A DNA stretch of 64,000 nt from Camelus dromedarius (lineage: Eukaryota). Positions within the stretch are counted from its first letter, which is position 1. Every line of letters starts with the position of its first letter. Shown in pieces: positions 1 through 33,949 of the stretch. The stretch is taken from the NCBI RefSeq assembly GCF_036321535.1, contig NC_087437.1, positions 22,074,001 to 22,138,000 on the forward strand, read 5' to 3'. A model generated the notes under the pieces. It worked only from the letters and a program-made list of their open reading frames with translations. It made no database searches and was not told the origin of the DNA. Made by a program: the position numbers and the translations under genes.

Positions 1-867
1 TCAGATTTTAAAAATAAAGAACTTTATAACTCCAGCCAATAACATGACTACTAAAAAGTTACTCACATGTTTACTTTTGGCTTAAATATTGGAAAGTAAT
101 TGTTATGAAAAATTGGGAGGGCATATCACTATGTCCCTTATTTTGGAATATTTTGGAAAGAGGACTCCATTCATTTGGCAATATAATTGCTTTATTGATT
201 CATAACACACGGGCGAAATTATACATGTCATGAACTGTGTGAACTAGTTTGAAGTGTGATCCAAAGGGATGTTGCCTCATGAAAGGTCAGATTCAATAAA
301 AACTCCATCTGCTATGTGTGTACCAGAAAAGCACAGGAGTTGGATGGATTTTTTAAAAATTAAATCAGGCCTTAAACTTGTTAAATAGTTTTATGTTTTT
401 ATAAATTATAGTTATGTATATAGCATTTCAATATTACCACAAAAGTGCTTGGTTTAGGAATGTTTTCTTTTAAAACTGAGATAGTGTGTAAGTTTTTAGA
501 TGGCTATAATGTGTAAGCTGTAAGTTACTGATTTTATGTATTTGCAGCTTTCCAATTAGTTGTGATTCATAATTTAATGTTTTACATTTGGAAAATAAAG
601 TTAAGTGGCATTTAGAAATTGAAATCTTAATTACTATGAAGCTGTGTTGTGGTTTACCACCCTCCCTTATCTTTCCTTCCCCTCCCACTCCCTTATCCCC
701 ATTGCCCCACTCCCTCTTAATGCACAAGGTATTAACAATATGCTCCAGGTTACTTTCTTGGTATAAGATTCTGCATTAGTCAGCAGAATAATCTTTTCTG
801 CACAATTATAGTAACTTAGGTCAAGTGTAGTTTTATATAGTGGTAGGTCTGAATCCATTTTCTTTAA

Positions 868-21931
<21,064 letters not shown>

Positions 21932-22310
21932 CATAAATTTTTAAGATGCTGTCACTTATTGGAAATGCGATTTTGTTTTGTGCCTGAACGGTCTGTTTTT
22001 TAAAAAAAGCAAAAAACGAAAAATCTAATGAAAGAGCATTCCTGGGGTTTTTATTTGTTTGTGAATGCATGTGTAAACTCATAAGTAACTGCATCTGTAG
22101 ACCTGTCGTTGTTTTATATTGTATAAATTACTTTTGTTGTGGCTGTTTCTCAAGATGAAATTTTTATTGTGCTAATGAATTTCATCAGAAATGTGTATAA
22201 TGGATCTGCTGGCAGTAGTAGTATTTTGTTTTAGGATGTTGTGACTTAGCAAAAAATAATACAGATGTCTTCCCCCCTTTTGTAGCTTTGACAATTTGAA
22301 TTAGATTTCA

Positions 22311-22316
22311 AATAAA
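22311..22316 (+). terminator. Proximal polyadenylation signal (AATAAA)
   Basis: AATAAA with upstream TGTA (22281) and downstream U/GU-rich tract (tgttgtttttttg, ~22337-22349). Confidence 0.6.
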
Positions 22317-25300
22317 ATCTGCACAGAAAACTATAATGTTGTTTTTTTGCCCTATTGATAACACCAAGTCCTTTAAAGTCCTACTAAGTTTAGCACTTCT
22401 GTTGTGTTTCTTATATAAGTAATGCACTTTACAAAATCCATTGTTTAAGTAGCTAAAGTTTTGTAGTGACTAAGATGACTATCAAAATGTAAGGGCCTGA
22501 GCTACTCCTATTTGGTAGGTTTGCCAGCCAGTTTCTTTGATAAGGTTCCCTTGGATAATACTCGTACCCAGAGATCAAAAGACTAGGTGGATGTGACATG
22601 GTCTTTTGTTAATGGAAGCTGGGCTGAAATATATTTTTCTTTTTTCACAGGAGCAATATGATTTCAATACACTTAATTTGTGTTCTGAGCAACTATTTAT
22701 TTTCAGGAAAAAGTAAATTTTCATCTTTTGATTTCATCTTCTGTCATTAAAAAAATTATTTACAAAAGAAGTTTTCTAACAATAGTTGGCCATAGAATTC
22801 TTTGTATAATAGTTGCCCTTTTATAGCCCTCTGTAGGCTGTCTTTCAAACATTGGTATCAGTATATTTCTACACGATTCTGTTCAAAGCACCTTAGGTTT
22901 CCTTTTTTCCTTTTTTTCTTTTTTTAAGATAGAATTTAGTTTTAGGTTTAGCTTTAAAAAAATTTAAAAGTAAAATTTTCAGGAAAATTGAAATCCAATG
23001 GTTTGTAAATTCAAGGTGCAAAGTTAATTTAAACCATTTGCAGAGTTGAAATCTTATACAATGGGAATAAACTGCAGTATGAGGAAGAAATAAGAAAACT
23101 TGTATAACATTAAACATACTATTGCTATAATGTAATAAAGAGTTATGTAGACTTGAACTGACACTACTGCTATTTGTGAATCTTGCTTTTAGGTTTTCAT
23201 TTAGGCACCTTATACAGTGGTTTGATGTTTCTTCCCCCTCCTCCCCTTAATAGAGAGTAGAATACTGTTCTAATAATGGATTGTTTTGAGTTAGCTTGTT
23301 TTTTAAGAATATCTTTTCAAGTTGTTTTACTTAATCTTGCCTAGTAGCAAAATAAAAAAAGTTATACCCGTGATTTTAGGAGTAGATATATTGGCTGAGC
23401 CAGTGAGGCATGTTATTTCCAAACTGGGCAAACCTGCAGTAGGTGTAGAAGTGAGCCAGTCAGATTATTTTACTTAGTGGTTCTTATCAACATGTAATAT
23501 TGCTTGAAAGTTACTCCCTTATCATTCACTCTTCTGTTTGTCCATGTTGTTAGGAAATGTTAATTACTAATTGTTGCTCAGAATAATTAAATATGAACAT
23601 TTGGTGCTGGTTTTTTAAAAAACCTACAAATATAGCCATTTTTGTGACACCTTTTTCTCCCCTGTTCATTGCCTGGGAGAACGGAATTTTATACAATTAT
23701 TTTTCTTTGCAAAAATAATAATGTTGAGTTACTGGTGATTTGGGCATTCCATCATTCATTTGTGTCTAGTATAGGTTTAGAGATAATTGGTCAGGTAGTG
23801 ATTTTGCCAGTTATGTTGCTGCAAAGAGTGCTTATTTTTCTGTCTTTAAAAAAATATACTGGAGAAGCAGGAGTGAGTAGAAATTGTTAGATCAGTCTGG
23901 GTGCTTATTTGTAGTATGTTTTCTACTGCAGTGGAATTTAGCAGTTCTTTTAATCTGGATGCAGATATAACGAACATCATTTATCTTAGAGGGGGTAAGA
24001 CTGACTTCCTTTTGGGTGATGATGGGTGGGTATCATTTAGGCTTGCTAGAACATGTATTCTGTGAAGTTAATGTGCATATTAGATTGTATTGGAGTTTTT
24101 TACCCTGGAATTGCAAATGGTATTGTTAGATAGGTTATATCCAACTTTGCTTAATGAGAAAATATCTAGAGCAAGCGTGTTTAATTCTCCATAGATTCTA
24201 TGAAAGCTTAACAGTCAGAAATTATTGTAAGGGGGAGATATTCTACCATATTTTTATAATAGCATAATATTCACCTGTTTCCTATCTAAAGAACAGTTAA
24301 TTAGCAGAATTTCTACAGGTTGACTAAAATGTTCGTAGGCATGGCCATCCAGTTATAGGAAATACCTTGTTCAGCTTTATAAAAGACAGTTACCTTCCAC
24401 CACAGCTACATGCAAGAGGAAATTCTCTGTTGTCTACTCTTTTTATTAAGGGTGTGGCTTAAACTCTTTCCCCTCTAACATTTTTATACAGGGATTCCTT
24501 ATCATGTTAGTATCATTTAAGCTCCCTGTCTTCAACAGGTGAGAGAAAGTAAAGAAATGGTGGTCCATTTCTTACCAAAGAGAGACCGATGATTAAAAAG
24601 AATCATGTTTGTGAATCTTTTCTTTGACTTTGTATTTTCTTATTACTGTTAGTAAGAGTACGGGCACTTCTGAGTTGTAACATGTTGAGAAGTTAAGAGA
24701 CTAAAGAACTAAAACAACAAAAAGCCCCGACCCAAAATAATGCTTTTATTCATTGTAGAATGTCATTGGCTTTTCTGCTAAAGTTTGCAGAAATGACTAC
24801 ATACTGACCTAACTTTTCTTTATTGCAGACCATTCCTGTGGGCTTACCCTGAGACTTTTATCCCAGTTAAAGGATCTTAGAAGGAGGAAATACTTGCTTA
24901 TGACTTCTGTATTTTTACCCCCAATCTTTAATATTTTTGTGCACTTGAAAATATTTTAAAGAAATTCTAATCATGACTTAATTTAGGTTATTAGAAATAT
25001 CCTGTACATATTTGCTTCCATAGTGGTAAAAGTTTTGAAAAATTATATGGCCATGAAAATAGTTTATCATTATGATTATTAAAAATGAGATAGAATAAAT
25101 CTCTATTGCCAAAGTGACATAACCTGTTCTGATGACCACAACAGTGTAATCTCTTTAGCAGAGAAAGTTGTTTTTAAAAATAAATAGTACCACTTTTCTA
25201 AGGAAATAAGAGCTTTTTTTCTTCAATTATATATTAATGGAAAAGCTATAGAAAATTCAGCGCAGGTACTAATGAAGACACGAGTGTAAGTTTAAAGGAA

Positions 25301-26002
25301 TGTGTGACTGTAAAAACTCACAAAGTGCTTGGTTTCTTTCTGTTTCACATGCATGTTTTAGAATAGATCTTAGGGGGTATTTAATTCATTTTCCTTTTGG
25401 CATTTTCTTTATTTTGGTTGTCAACTTCCCAGGGCTGAGATAATACACAGATACAAACCCCAGGGGCAGTGTTGTGATGCTGGACTGAAAGGTGGGAATG
25501 TGCTGCTGTCCAGAATGAGCCATGTTCCATTGTTGAAAATTCAATGCCTCAGTGTTTATTCAGTACCACCTCATGGAGCTTCAGAGTAAACAGAGTGTGT
25601 GTGTAATTGGTTATTTATATAGTTTTGTAGCTCTAGCGATAAAATGCCTTCATTCATTTTTGTATGTAATTGTGCTTGGGAGTATTTGTGTTTTATTCTT
25701 TGACTTCAATAGGCTCTTTGTATGTTATGTCTTTGGTGATCGGAAATATCAGGAAAGACAAATTTTCAGGAATGAGAATAATATAGTTGAAATCAGCTCA
25801 GCTGAGACATTCTACGGCGAGACAGTTTCTTTTGGTGAACTGATTCCATAATTTAGTTACTCTTGATGTTAAGGATTACGTTTATTGTGGAGCTGCTTTC
25901 CAGACTGTCACTTTATAGTTTTTCTACATAAAGATTATATAGTTGCAAACAAAGGTTGTGAAATTTCCCTTTTGTTGTTGTTTTTTGACTTTTAATTACT
26001 TT

Positions 26003-26008
26003 AATAAA
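26003..26008 (+). terminator. Distal polyadenylation signal (AATAAA)
   Basis: AATAAA after a U-rich upstream region and before U/GU-rich sequence; close to the end of the repeat-free block. Confidence 0.55.
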
Positions 26009-26269
26009 AATACATTGTTTTCATAGCAAACTTTTAGACTGTTCATGTAATTTTCTCCATATAGGTTGTCTTCTGTAAGCCCAGTGAACCGTGTCCAGAT
26101 TTCAGCAGCTTTCTCCCAAGCGAAATAAGTGATGTCATACTTAACAGTTGAAGCTAAACTGCATTTTACATGTTTAGATCATAATAAAATATTTTCATTA
26201 TAGATGATTCTCTTGATTAGGAAATTTCATTTCCTTATTGGTTTCACCTTTTTTTTTTAAAGAATTATT

Positions 26270-26790
26270 TTGTTCTGTTTCTTTCATTGAGGAAAATTTC
26301 AAACATACACAAAAGCAGACTAGTAAGATGAGCATCCCTAACACCCATCAGCCTGCAAATACCGACTTAATTAGTATGTGTCTCTAAATGTTTTATTTTT
26401 AAACCATAACCACAGTGTCATTATCACATTAAAGTAATCGATTGGTTCCTTTAAAGTTTTTTAAAATTGTGATAAAATACTCATAACAAAATTTACCATC
26501 TTAACCATTTTTAGGTGTACAGTTCTGTAGTGTTGTGTATTCATATTGTGCAACCTGTCTCCAGAACTTTTTAATCTTACAAAATTGAAACTGTATACCT
26601 GTTAAACAGCCTTTCTCCCCATCCCTGCCCCCCGCCCCAACCTGGCAACCACCGTTTTACTTTGTGTTTCTGTGAGTTTGACCACTCCAAACACCTCAAA
26701 AAAAAGTGAAAACAGGCAGAATTTGCCTTGTGACTGGCATGTCTCACTTAGCGTAACGTCCCTTCAGGTTCACCCATGCAGTAGCACGTG
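26270..26790 (-). mobile_element. L1 3' fragments (L1MC-like, then L1MB-like)
   Basis: gaaaatttcaaacatacacaaaagcagac; aaaatttaccatcttaaccatttttaggtgtacagttc; ctggcaaccaccgttttactttgtg. Confidence 0.7.
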
Positions 26791-29700
26791 CATTGGTTCT
26801 TTTTTAAAGCCTACTTTTTCTTTAAAGTTTCTGTATTTCCTTATAGAACTTGAAAAATTTTTTCCTCAAATGGCACATTAACATTTTCTATTTTGAGTAA
26901 AAACTTAAAAAAAAAATCAAAGTAGTACCAAGTATATATGCCAAGTACCACTCGTTTAGACCATTTTGATCACTTTTTGTGCTGTGTTCTCTTAAATGTT
27001 TATGTATGGTGTGCTTTCACATCAGCACTCCATAGTATGGGGTGCAAAATATAATTTCAGAGCACATGTGATTTTAAAGTTGTAGTGTGTTAATATTAAT
27101 GACTGTACTCAAATGCTTTTTTCTTTGTAGTTTTATTTATTGCCTAATGAAAAGGAAACTAAAATTTTGGGATTTAGTATACTCAGTGTTTATATACTCA
27201 TTTTGCCACAAAGGAAGGGGAAAAAAAACCTTTCTAATATTTCTTAGTTATTTTTTTCCTATCCTGAGAAAACATAAAGCATCAGACTGTTTGATTTTTA
27301 AATGAAATGTGGCATGGCACGGTGGAGGAAGAGGCTGCGGCATCATATTTGAACTTGAACACCAGCTCTTCCCCTCTACTAGCTGTGTGATCCTTTGGAG
27401 CTTATTTTTCTTGCCTATAATATTTCAATAATGTATGTTTATTTTAAGGATGAAATCGCATGCAAATCACCAGCACATAGTTGTTATTCAGTGATCGTTA
27501 AAATTAGTAACCTTTCAGTATTCCTGAAAACGAATGATGGGAACATCTTTTAACTAAAAGAGTAACACTACAATTCCATAGCACCTTTAAACTACCTTCA
27601 AAAGCGATTTTCTTGTACTTGATTTGTATTTAGTTAACATAATTCATGAATTTACACACTTAGGAATATGTTGTTATGTTTGCACACTGATATCACTTAA
27701 TAATTTGCTGTCCCAGTCTTATTGGTGACGTTTAATCTCCTTTGAGAAAAACACTTTCATTAAGTAGATTTTTAAAAATACTTTTTATTAGTTCTCATTT
27801 ATTATTGTAGAATTCCTATAATCAAAGTTCCTGAAAGGAAGCTTGTATAGCAAAACCCAAACGGGAACAGCTTCAACAGGGTATATGTGGAAGAAGCCTG
27901 GCAAGTAGTGTAAGATAGGATGAAGCCCTGGATTCTTTGCCCGAGTTCAAAGTAAAAAACAACAGCAACAAAAGACTATACAAATTACCAGAGCTGAGCA
28001 GCAGTGTAATTTTCACAGAATGGACAGAGAACAGCATGAGAGAAGACTGGAAAAGAGGCTTGGTAATGTGAGTATAATTGAACCCTTGTATTTTGTGTAT
28101 ATTTGAAAGTTACAAATTTTGTATTTTCAGATTATGCAGAAATAAGAAATCTACCCTGAAACTACTTTTAGAATGGAGAGCTGAAACTATGTAGAATTTG
28201 AAAAGGGAATTGCACTTGAAATTCTACTCAGAAATAATGGCTTTGTAGTAGTGTCTTCAGGACATTTGTACAGATCTTTGGAGTTCTTGCAGCAGCACAA
28301 ACAATCTGGAAGAGTACGACTTTGATTAAAGACACTATTTGGTCCTCCATGTAGCTGAAACATTGAAGCTGAAAAGAATGAGTACCTCACTATACACCGA
28401 CTACCTTAGCAGCTAAATAGCCCTATTACATGAAGTGCTATTAGATGATTTTTCTTCTTTCCGCATATTTTGTTTTATTGTGCTGCAATAGCTCTTGGGT
28501 GTGAGCAGTTTGTTAAGAGCATTTAGGAAAGATGCTTTTCAGATGGTTTTTAGCCATGCTAACATTTTAATAAGGGATCTGTCAAACTCTTCACTCACTC
28601 CTGGGAAAGTTAGCTATCTGGGCCTAATATCGGCCTCCCTCACAGGGTATATAGTGCGGTATCAAAAAAACCAAAAGGTTTCTAAGTAGGTTTTTTATCT
28701 TTGTATTCTCCAATCACAACATTTAGCTAATGTGAATTTCAACTCTAAATTTCAAGACCACATATTACGTGTACCTTATGTATTTCATAGGGTGCTTATC
28801 CTCAACTTCTGATAAATCCATCTTATTTTAAGAACGTGTCCTCTCCAGAAAAACCTGCGGCATGTCCAAACCTGTGCCAAATCCTATATATGTCTGCCTC
28901 AAAGCAGAAGTATCACTCAAGGACTTCTCAAGAGGCATCGACATCTAAAACTTCTGGTTTAATGCTGAGTTGATTGCCCTAAAATCATGCTTAATTTTAC
29001 TTAACTAGCAGGCCTATGTTAGAGAAAGTTTTTAAGCAGGAAATGATCTTCTTGTTTATTCTCTTGACGTGAAAGACGTGAAACTTGTCGAAATTTCTCA
29101 GAATATTCTTTATTTGCATGTATTAGCAAATCTAGTGTATTCTTATTCTATTATATGATAAAACCATGACCAAGAATGAGAGGAAGTTTTGGTGCTAAGA
29201 TAAAGAATCACCCTGCCCGCTGTATATTCCAGAGCTTGTAGTAATAATAATCTTCGTGGTTAACCATCACAGTCCAGACACAGATACTGTCCTACCCAGT
29301 GAAGAGTTCAGATGGTTCCCTTCAGGTACCAGAGCCTATCACAATGGAATTCAAAGTACTTAGCCACACAGATCATCACATCATGGCTTTCCTTGTACCT
29401 CACGCGTCCTTATATAACTTGGATTATAGGGAAAAGGCCTTGAAGCTATTTTTAGTGCCTGAGTCTCCTAATACCTACCCCTCTTTATCCTAGACCTTAG
29501 CTTTTTGTCAGCGTATCTTAATGTCATCACACGCACCCACTGGGGATCCACAGAGGACCTTGCAAGACCTTGCAAATCTCCTTATGTCTGTGTGGAAGAT
29601 GGTTTATGTCTGTGGAAACAGACCCTTGTGATGAATATGCAGGAGGATATAATGTACTTTTGGAGAAATAGAGGATTTGCCTTGCCCTCCTTATCTCTTC

Positions 29701-30309
29701 TGATTGCCTTATAGTGCTTCTTTTTTCCCCCTTCCCACTTTCCCTGAAGCTTTCTGTGCAGAATGTGTTGTGGACAACAAGGTATATATGATAAAATGTC
29801 TGATCTTGGCTAAACGATGTTTCTCTCTGATTTGTACAGATACTTTGACCCAACACTGCCCAGTGCAAGAAAGAAGACTAGGGCAAAGGCACGAAGTATT
29901 AGATGTAATCACTCCCATAATCTCATGTCTGAATGAATCTAGCTGTCAAACCTCAAGACCTTAGGGCTCTTTAGATATTTTGGGTGGAATGTGATTTCTA
30001 AAGATGAGTTTCTGACCTTGGTCATCTTTAACAAATCTAGATGAGCTCCTTCAGGGCTTGATAGGCAAAAAGTTCACGGACACCGAGTGCCTCCTTGGAG
30101 ACCCAGCTCTTTGTATTTTGTAGCCCAGCGGGAGTTGGCCAAACCAGACAACATAATGCCTGGACTCCAAAGACTCCCTTCGGCCTGGCCTGGTTGCAGA
30201 ACAAGGCTTCCAGTCTCTTCCCTGCTGGGTGGCGCTGGCCAAGATGCCTAACTGAGGCATCCTGAGCCTGTGTCCTCATCAGCACGAGTGCACCATCCAC
30301 TTTGCAGGA

Positions 30310-30720
30310 TTCATCCGCAATCTGAGCATTTACTAAGCACCTGGCACTATTTTCTAGGCACGGGATATATGGTGATGTATAAAACAAGGTCTTTTGTCGG
30401 GAAATTTACATACTAGTGGGAGGAGCCAGGTGAAAAATCAAACAAGATCGTTTCTAATAGTAAAAGGTACTGAAAAACAAAAAACAGGGCAGTGAGACAG
30501 AAAGGTAGGGTAGTCAAAGAGGGCCTCACAGTGGTGGTAAAGTTTGGGCTAAGATGAGAAATAAGGTGGGGCTGGTGGTGTGAAGACAGTGCACTGACAG
30601 CTCCAGGCCAAGGGAGCTGCAAGTATGGACGGCTTAAGGAGGGCACAGTGCTGGTGTGTTGAGGAGGGAAAGCAGCCAGTGTGGCTCCAGTACAGTGAGG
30701 AAAGGAGGGTGCAGCAGGCA
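30310..30720 (-). mobile_element. L2 LINE 3' fragment
   Basis: gagcatttactaagcacctggcactattttctaggcacggg...ccaggccaagggagctgcaagtatgg...gccagtgtggctccag. Confidence 0.65.
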
Positions 30721-31149
30721 GCGAGGGGAGGTAGAACTCAAACAGTCTTAAGCGAGGGAGTGATGGAGTTTCAGATCACTGGCCACTGTGCAGAGGTGAG
30801 CGGAGAAACGGACCCTGGTTAGGAAATTCTTGGCTATGAAGATTAAATGAGATCATGTAAGTGTCTAGCATTGCCCCAAGCACAGAGCAGCTCTCTAATA
30901 AATAATTCAACCTCTCCTCTTGTCATTTTCTTGGATCTTGTGATTTCTTTCTTCCCAACAGAGGCTAAGCATTCGCTTTAAGATGAACTTCACTTGACCT
31001 CTCAAACAAATTCAAACCAGATCAGGACATAGCACCCCTGTTGCTCTCAGGCTGGTTTATGAGGAAATTATAAGTTGTGTAGACTACATAAGCACTCTTT
31101 CATATCTATAGTATATTGCCCCCTGCTGCTACTACTACCGACTGCACTG

Positions 31150-31362
31150 CAGGGCGTTAATAGGCGTTGCTTGGAAAAGGGAGTGGTGTGGTCAAATCAG
31201 CTGAGCAACACCGGGCTCAATAGGCTTCTTTACAGCAGTACTTCTCAGCACCTCGAATATGGACTACGTATCCCCAGGCAGGCGACAGAACGTCCTGTTT
31301 CCCAAACTTACCTGATCTCAAAGGGCTAACGTTCTGCTGAACGTACTTTGGAAAACATTTTC
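31150..31362. mobile_element. hAT-Charlie-type MER (MER112/MER117-like)
   Basis: gtggtcaaatcagctgagcaacac ... tttcccaaacttacctgatc ... gaacgtactttggaaaaca; internal palindromic arrangement. Confidence 0.5.
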
Positions 31363-33679
31363 AAACTGTGATCGGGAAACTTTATTTTTCCAAGTCTGAC
31401 GATCTGATTCTTGGGTCAGAGTCCTTTGGCACAAATAACAGACTATCCCTAGTTAATTAAGCGAAAAGAAATTCAACGGAAGCCCATGTAGGCTCCGAGA
31501 ACTGACAATGCCAGGTGGAGAGGCAGATGTGGGGGTCAGCAGGACGTGGAGGGCAGCAGACTGTGGGAGCTGGAATCACGGAATGGACGGTCTGGCCAGG
31601 CAACCACCACCCCCTGGCCGCCCCAGGAACCATCACGGCTCCCACCTTTTTCGGCCTCTTTGTACTTCTACTGGAGGTTCAGATTCCAGGAAAGAGGCAG
31701 CTGATGGACCCAGCTTTCCAGTCATAATCTTTTAGAAAATACAACTTTAATGGCCACAAACAATAATTTTCTATAGTTTGCTAAGACTCCATTGTTAGAA
31801 ACTTGGGTTGTTTCCACTTTTTCTCTATTCTAAATAATGCTGTGATGAACATCACTGTGCATAACATTTTGGTTTTCATTCTTTTAAAAAATTTTTTTGG
31901 ATTATTCCCAGATATGGAATAATTGAGTCAAAGGATGTAGGCATTTTAAAGATCATGTGATGCATGTTCCCAACCTTTTTTTCCCAAAAATGTACCATTT
32001 TAGACTTTTGTAATGTTGGATATTACACCATGCCTTTGCCAGCACTGGGAATTTGGGACATATTATTTAAAAAAGTGATTCGAATTGGATGAAATGGCTT
32101 GCTCCCGGCTGTGGAGATTTCTGGACTGTCTAAAACGGAGGGTGATTCTGGCGGGCTGTGTAGACGAGAGAGGTAGCTGATCTAGTCATCTGAAGAAACG
32201 AGTGAAGCAATGCCACTTGCACGGGCCTTACTGGGGGGCGACGGTATCCCTAGATCTGCACAGTTTCCTCTGACATCCGAGGCAGAAGGCCAAACACTCT
32301 CCATAAGGATCTATTGTAACTCAGTTAAAAAAAAATCACTATTTTCTGTAACTTTTAGTAGACAGAAGTTCTATAATAACTTAAATGTAAGTCTTTGCAT
32401 GACCTTAGCTGTTTTCAATTTTTCATGTAATTTCACCAGGTTAGTTTTTCACATGCGTACGTGTCTAAGTATGGTTACGAGTTACAGGAGCAGGCCCGGG
32501 GGAGATAGAATGGAAGACATTTCTGGTACATTAAGAAATCAAGCAAGCAATGCTATGTATCCTCTTTTCCAGATAAGGGACCACCTGGGCGGGTTTCCAT
32601 TTTTCTGCTCTATCTTCGCATGTGGTTAAGAAGAGACTTGTCCTTCTCCCAGGTGACTCAAGATGGAATACTGTGAGAGCCTCTTGCACTGAGTCAATAA
32701 AAATTTGGTCCTTAAGACTTCCAAATCTTGTCTTGTGTTTGATTAATCTAAAGAGTAGCAATATGGAACATCAAACCTGGTAGGTAGCAAGGCGGGAGGG
32801 CGCACCATACCTCTCCAAGCTTCCTACCCCCGTCACCATAGGTGATGAGACACCTCCAGCTTCTGGGAAGGGGGGGGCCAGTGCTTCCAGTGTGGGTTTG
32901 CCTCCTTAACAACATGGGTCAGGTTAGCGTGAACCTCCCTTAAGCCTCTACCCCCATCACCAAAGGTCAAGGAGAGGTCCTCATATCTCCTGAGGTCAGG
33001 AGAAAACCACAGACACCCAGCCCCCCCCCCACCCCCCAACTCTCACAGCTTCTCACAACCGCTCCTACCATTGTTTTTCTTTAATCCACCAAGACTGAAT
33101 GTACCCAATCCTTTATCCCAGGTTATGGCAGTTAGGAGAAGCCCCAGACTCCCAGGCCACCCTTCACCTCCAACATTCTAGTATTCCTCAGGCTGAATAT
33201 TCCCTATTCTGTCCAGGATTCACTGTCCAACAGAAGCAAAGCTTCCCATGTCCTCAGCCTCCTTTCTGCATGTTCCTGTTGCCTTCTGGTTTCCATTCAA
33301 GCAGAAGGTAATAAGAAAGTTCAGAAAAGATGTTGAGGATACAGAGGGTTTTGCTGCAGCTGGACTGTGAATCCTGGAGGACAACTAGGGAAGGTTTATG
33401 ATCTCCATGTGGAGATAACATCGGAGGTCTTAAATTTGAATTCCTGTGTGCAGATGTGGCTCGAAATTCCCCTCCTTTACTGTAAAAGACACGGAGGTCC
33501 TCACCCATCAGGTAGCCCCATGGGGCTAGGATTACAGAGCGATGAAAGATCCTAGATCACTCCCAGGGTGCCTTCGGACACGTGCATTTAAATTGGGTCA
33601 AAGCATCACATTGCCTAAGAGGGGACTACATTCAGGAGGAAGGGCGTTTGCATTCAACAGGCTGTCTATTATTCAGAAA

Positions 33680-33912
33680 AGGATCCTGGGTCAGAGTCAA
33701 GCAACTTGGGTTCTTCCATTAACTAGCTGTGTGAGCCTGGGTGAGAAATGTACTGTCCTTGTGCCTCAGTGTCCTTGTGAGTCAAACTCCTGCTTCCCAA
33801 ATACCAGCCCACAGACTAGCTGCATCAGAATCACTCAGGACATCTCAGCACTCAGGTTCCAGGTCGCACCTCTGAGATCCTGGTTCAATAGGTCTGGGCT
33901 GGGACTTAAGAC
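33680..33912. mobile_element. MIR fragment followed by MER5-like fragment
   Basis: ttaactagctgtgtgagcctggg...gtgcctcagt; gctgcatcagaatcactcagga...ggtctgggctggga. Confidence 0.55.
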
Positions 33913-33949
33913 CTGATATATATATATGTGTGTGTATATATATATATTT

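Larger units (their letters stand above)
21932..26030 (+). other. U2SURP: U2SURP 3' UTR (long form, ~4.1 kb; 3' end inferred)
   Basis: AU-rich stretch with no recognisable interspersed repeats, from the stop codon to AATAAA at 26003; repeats resume at ~26270. Confidence 0.6.
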
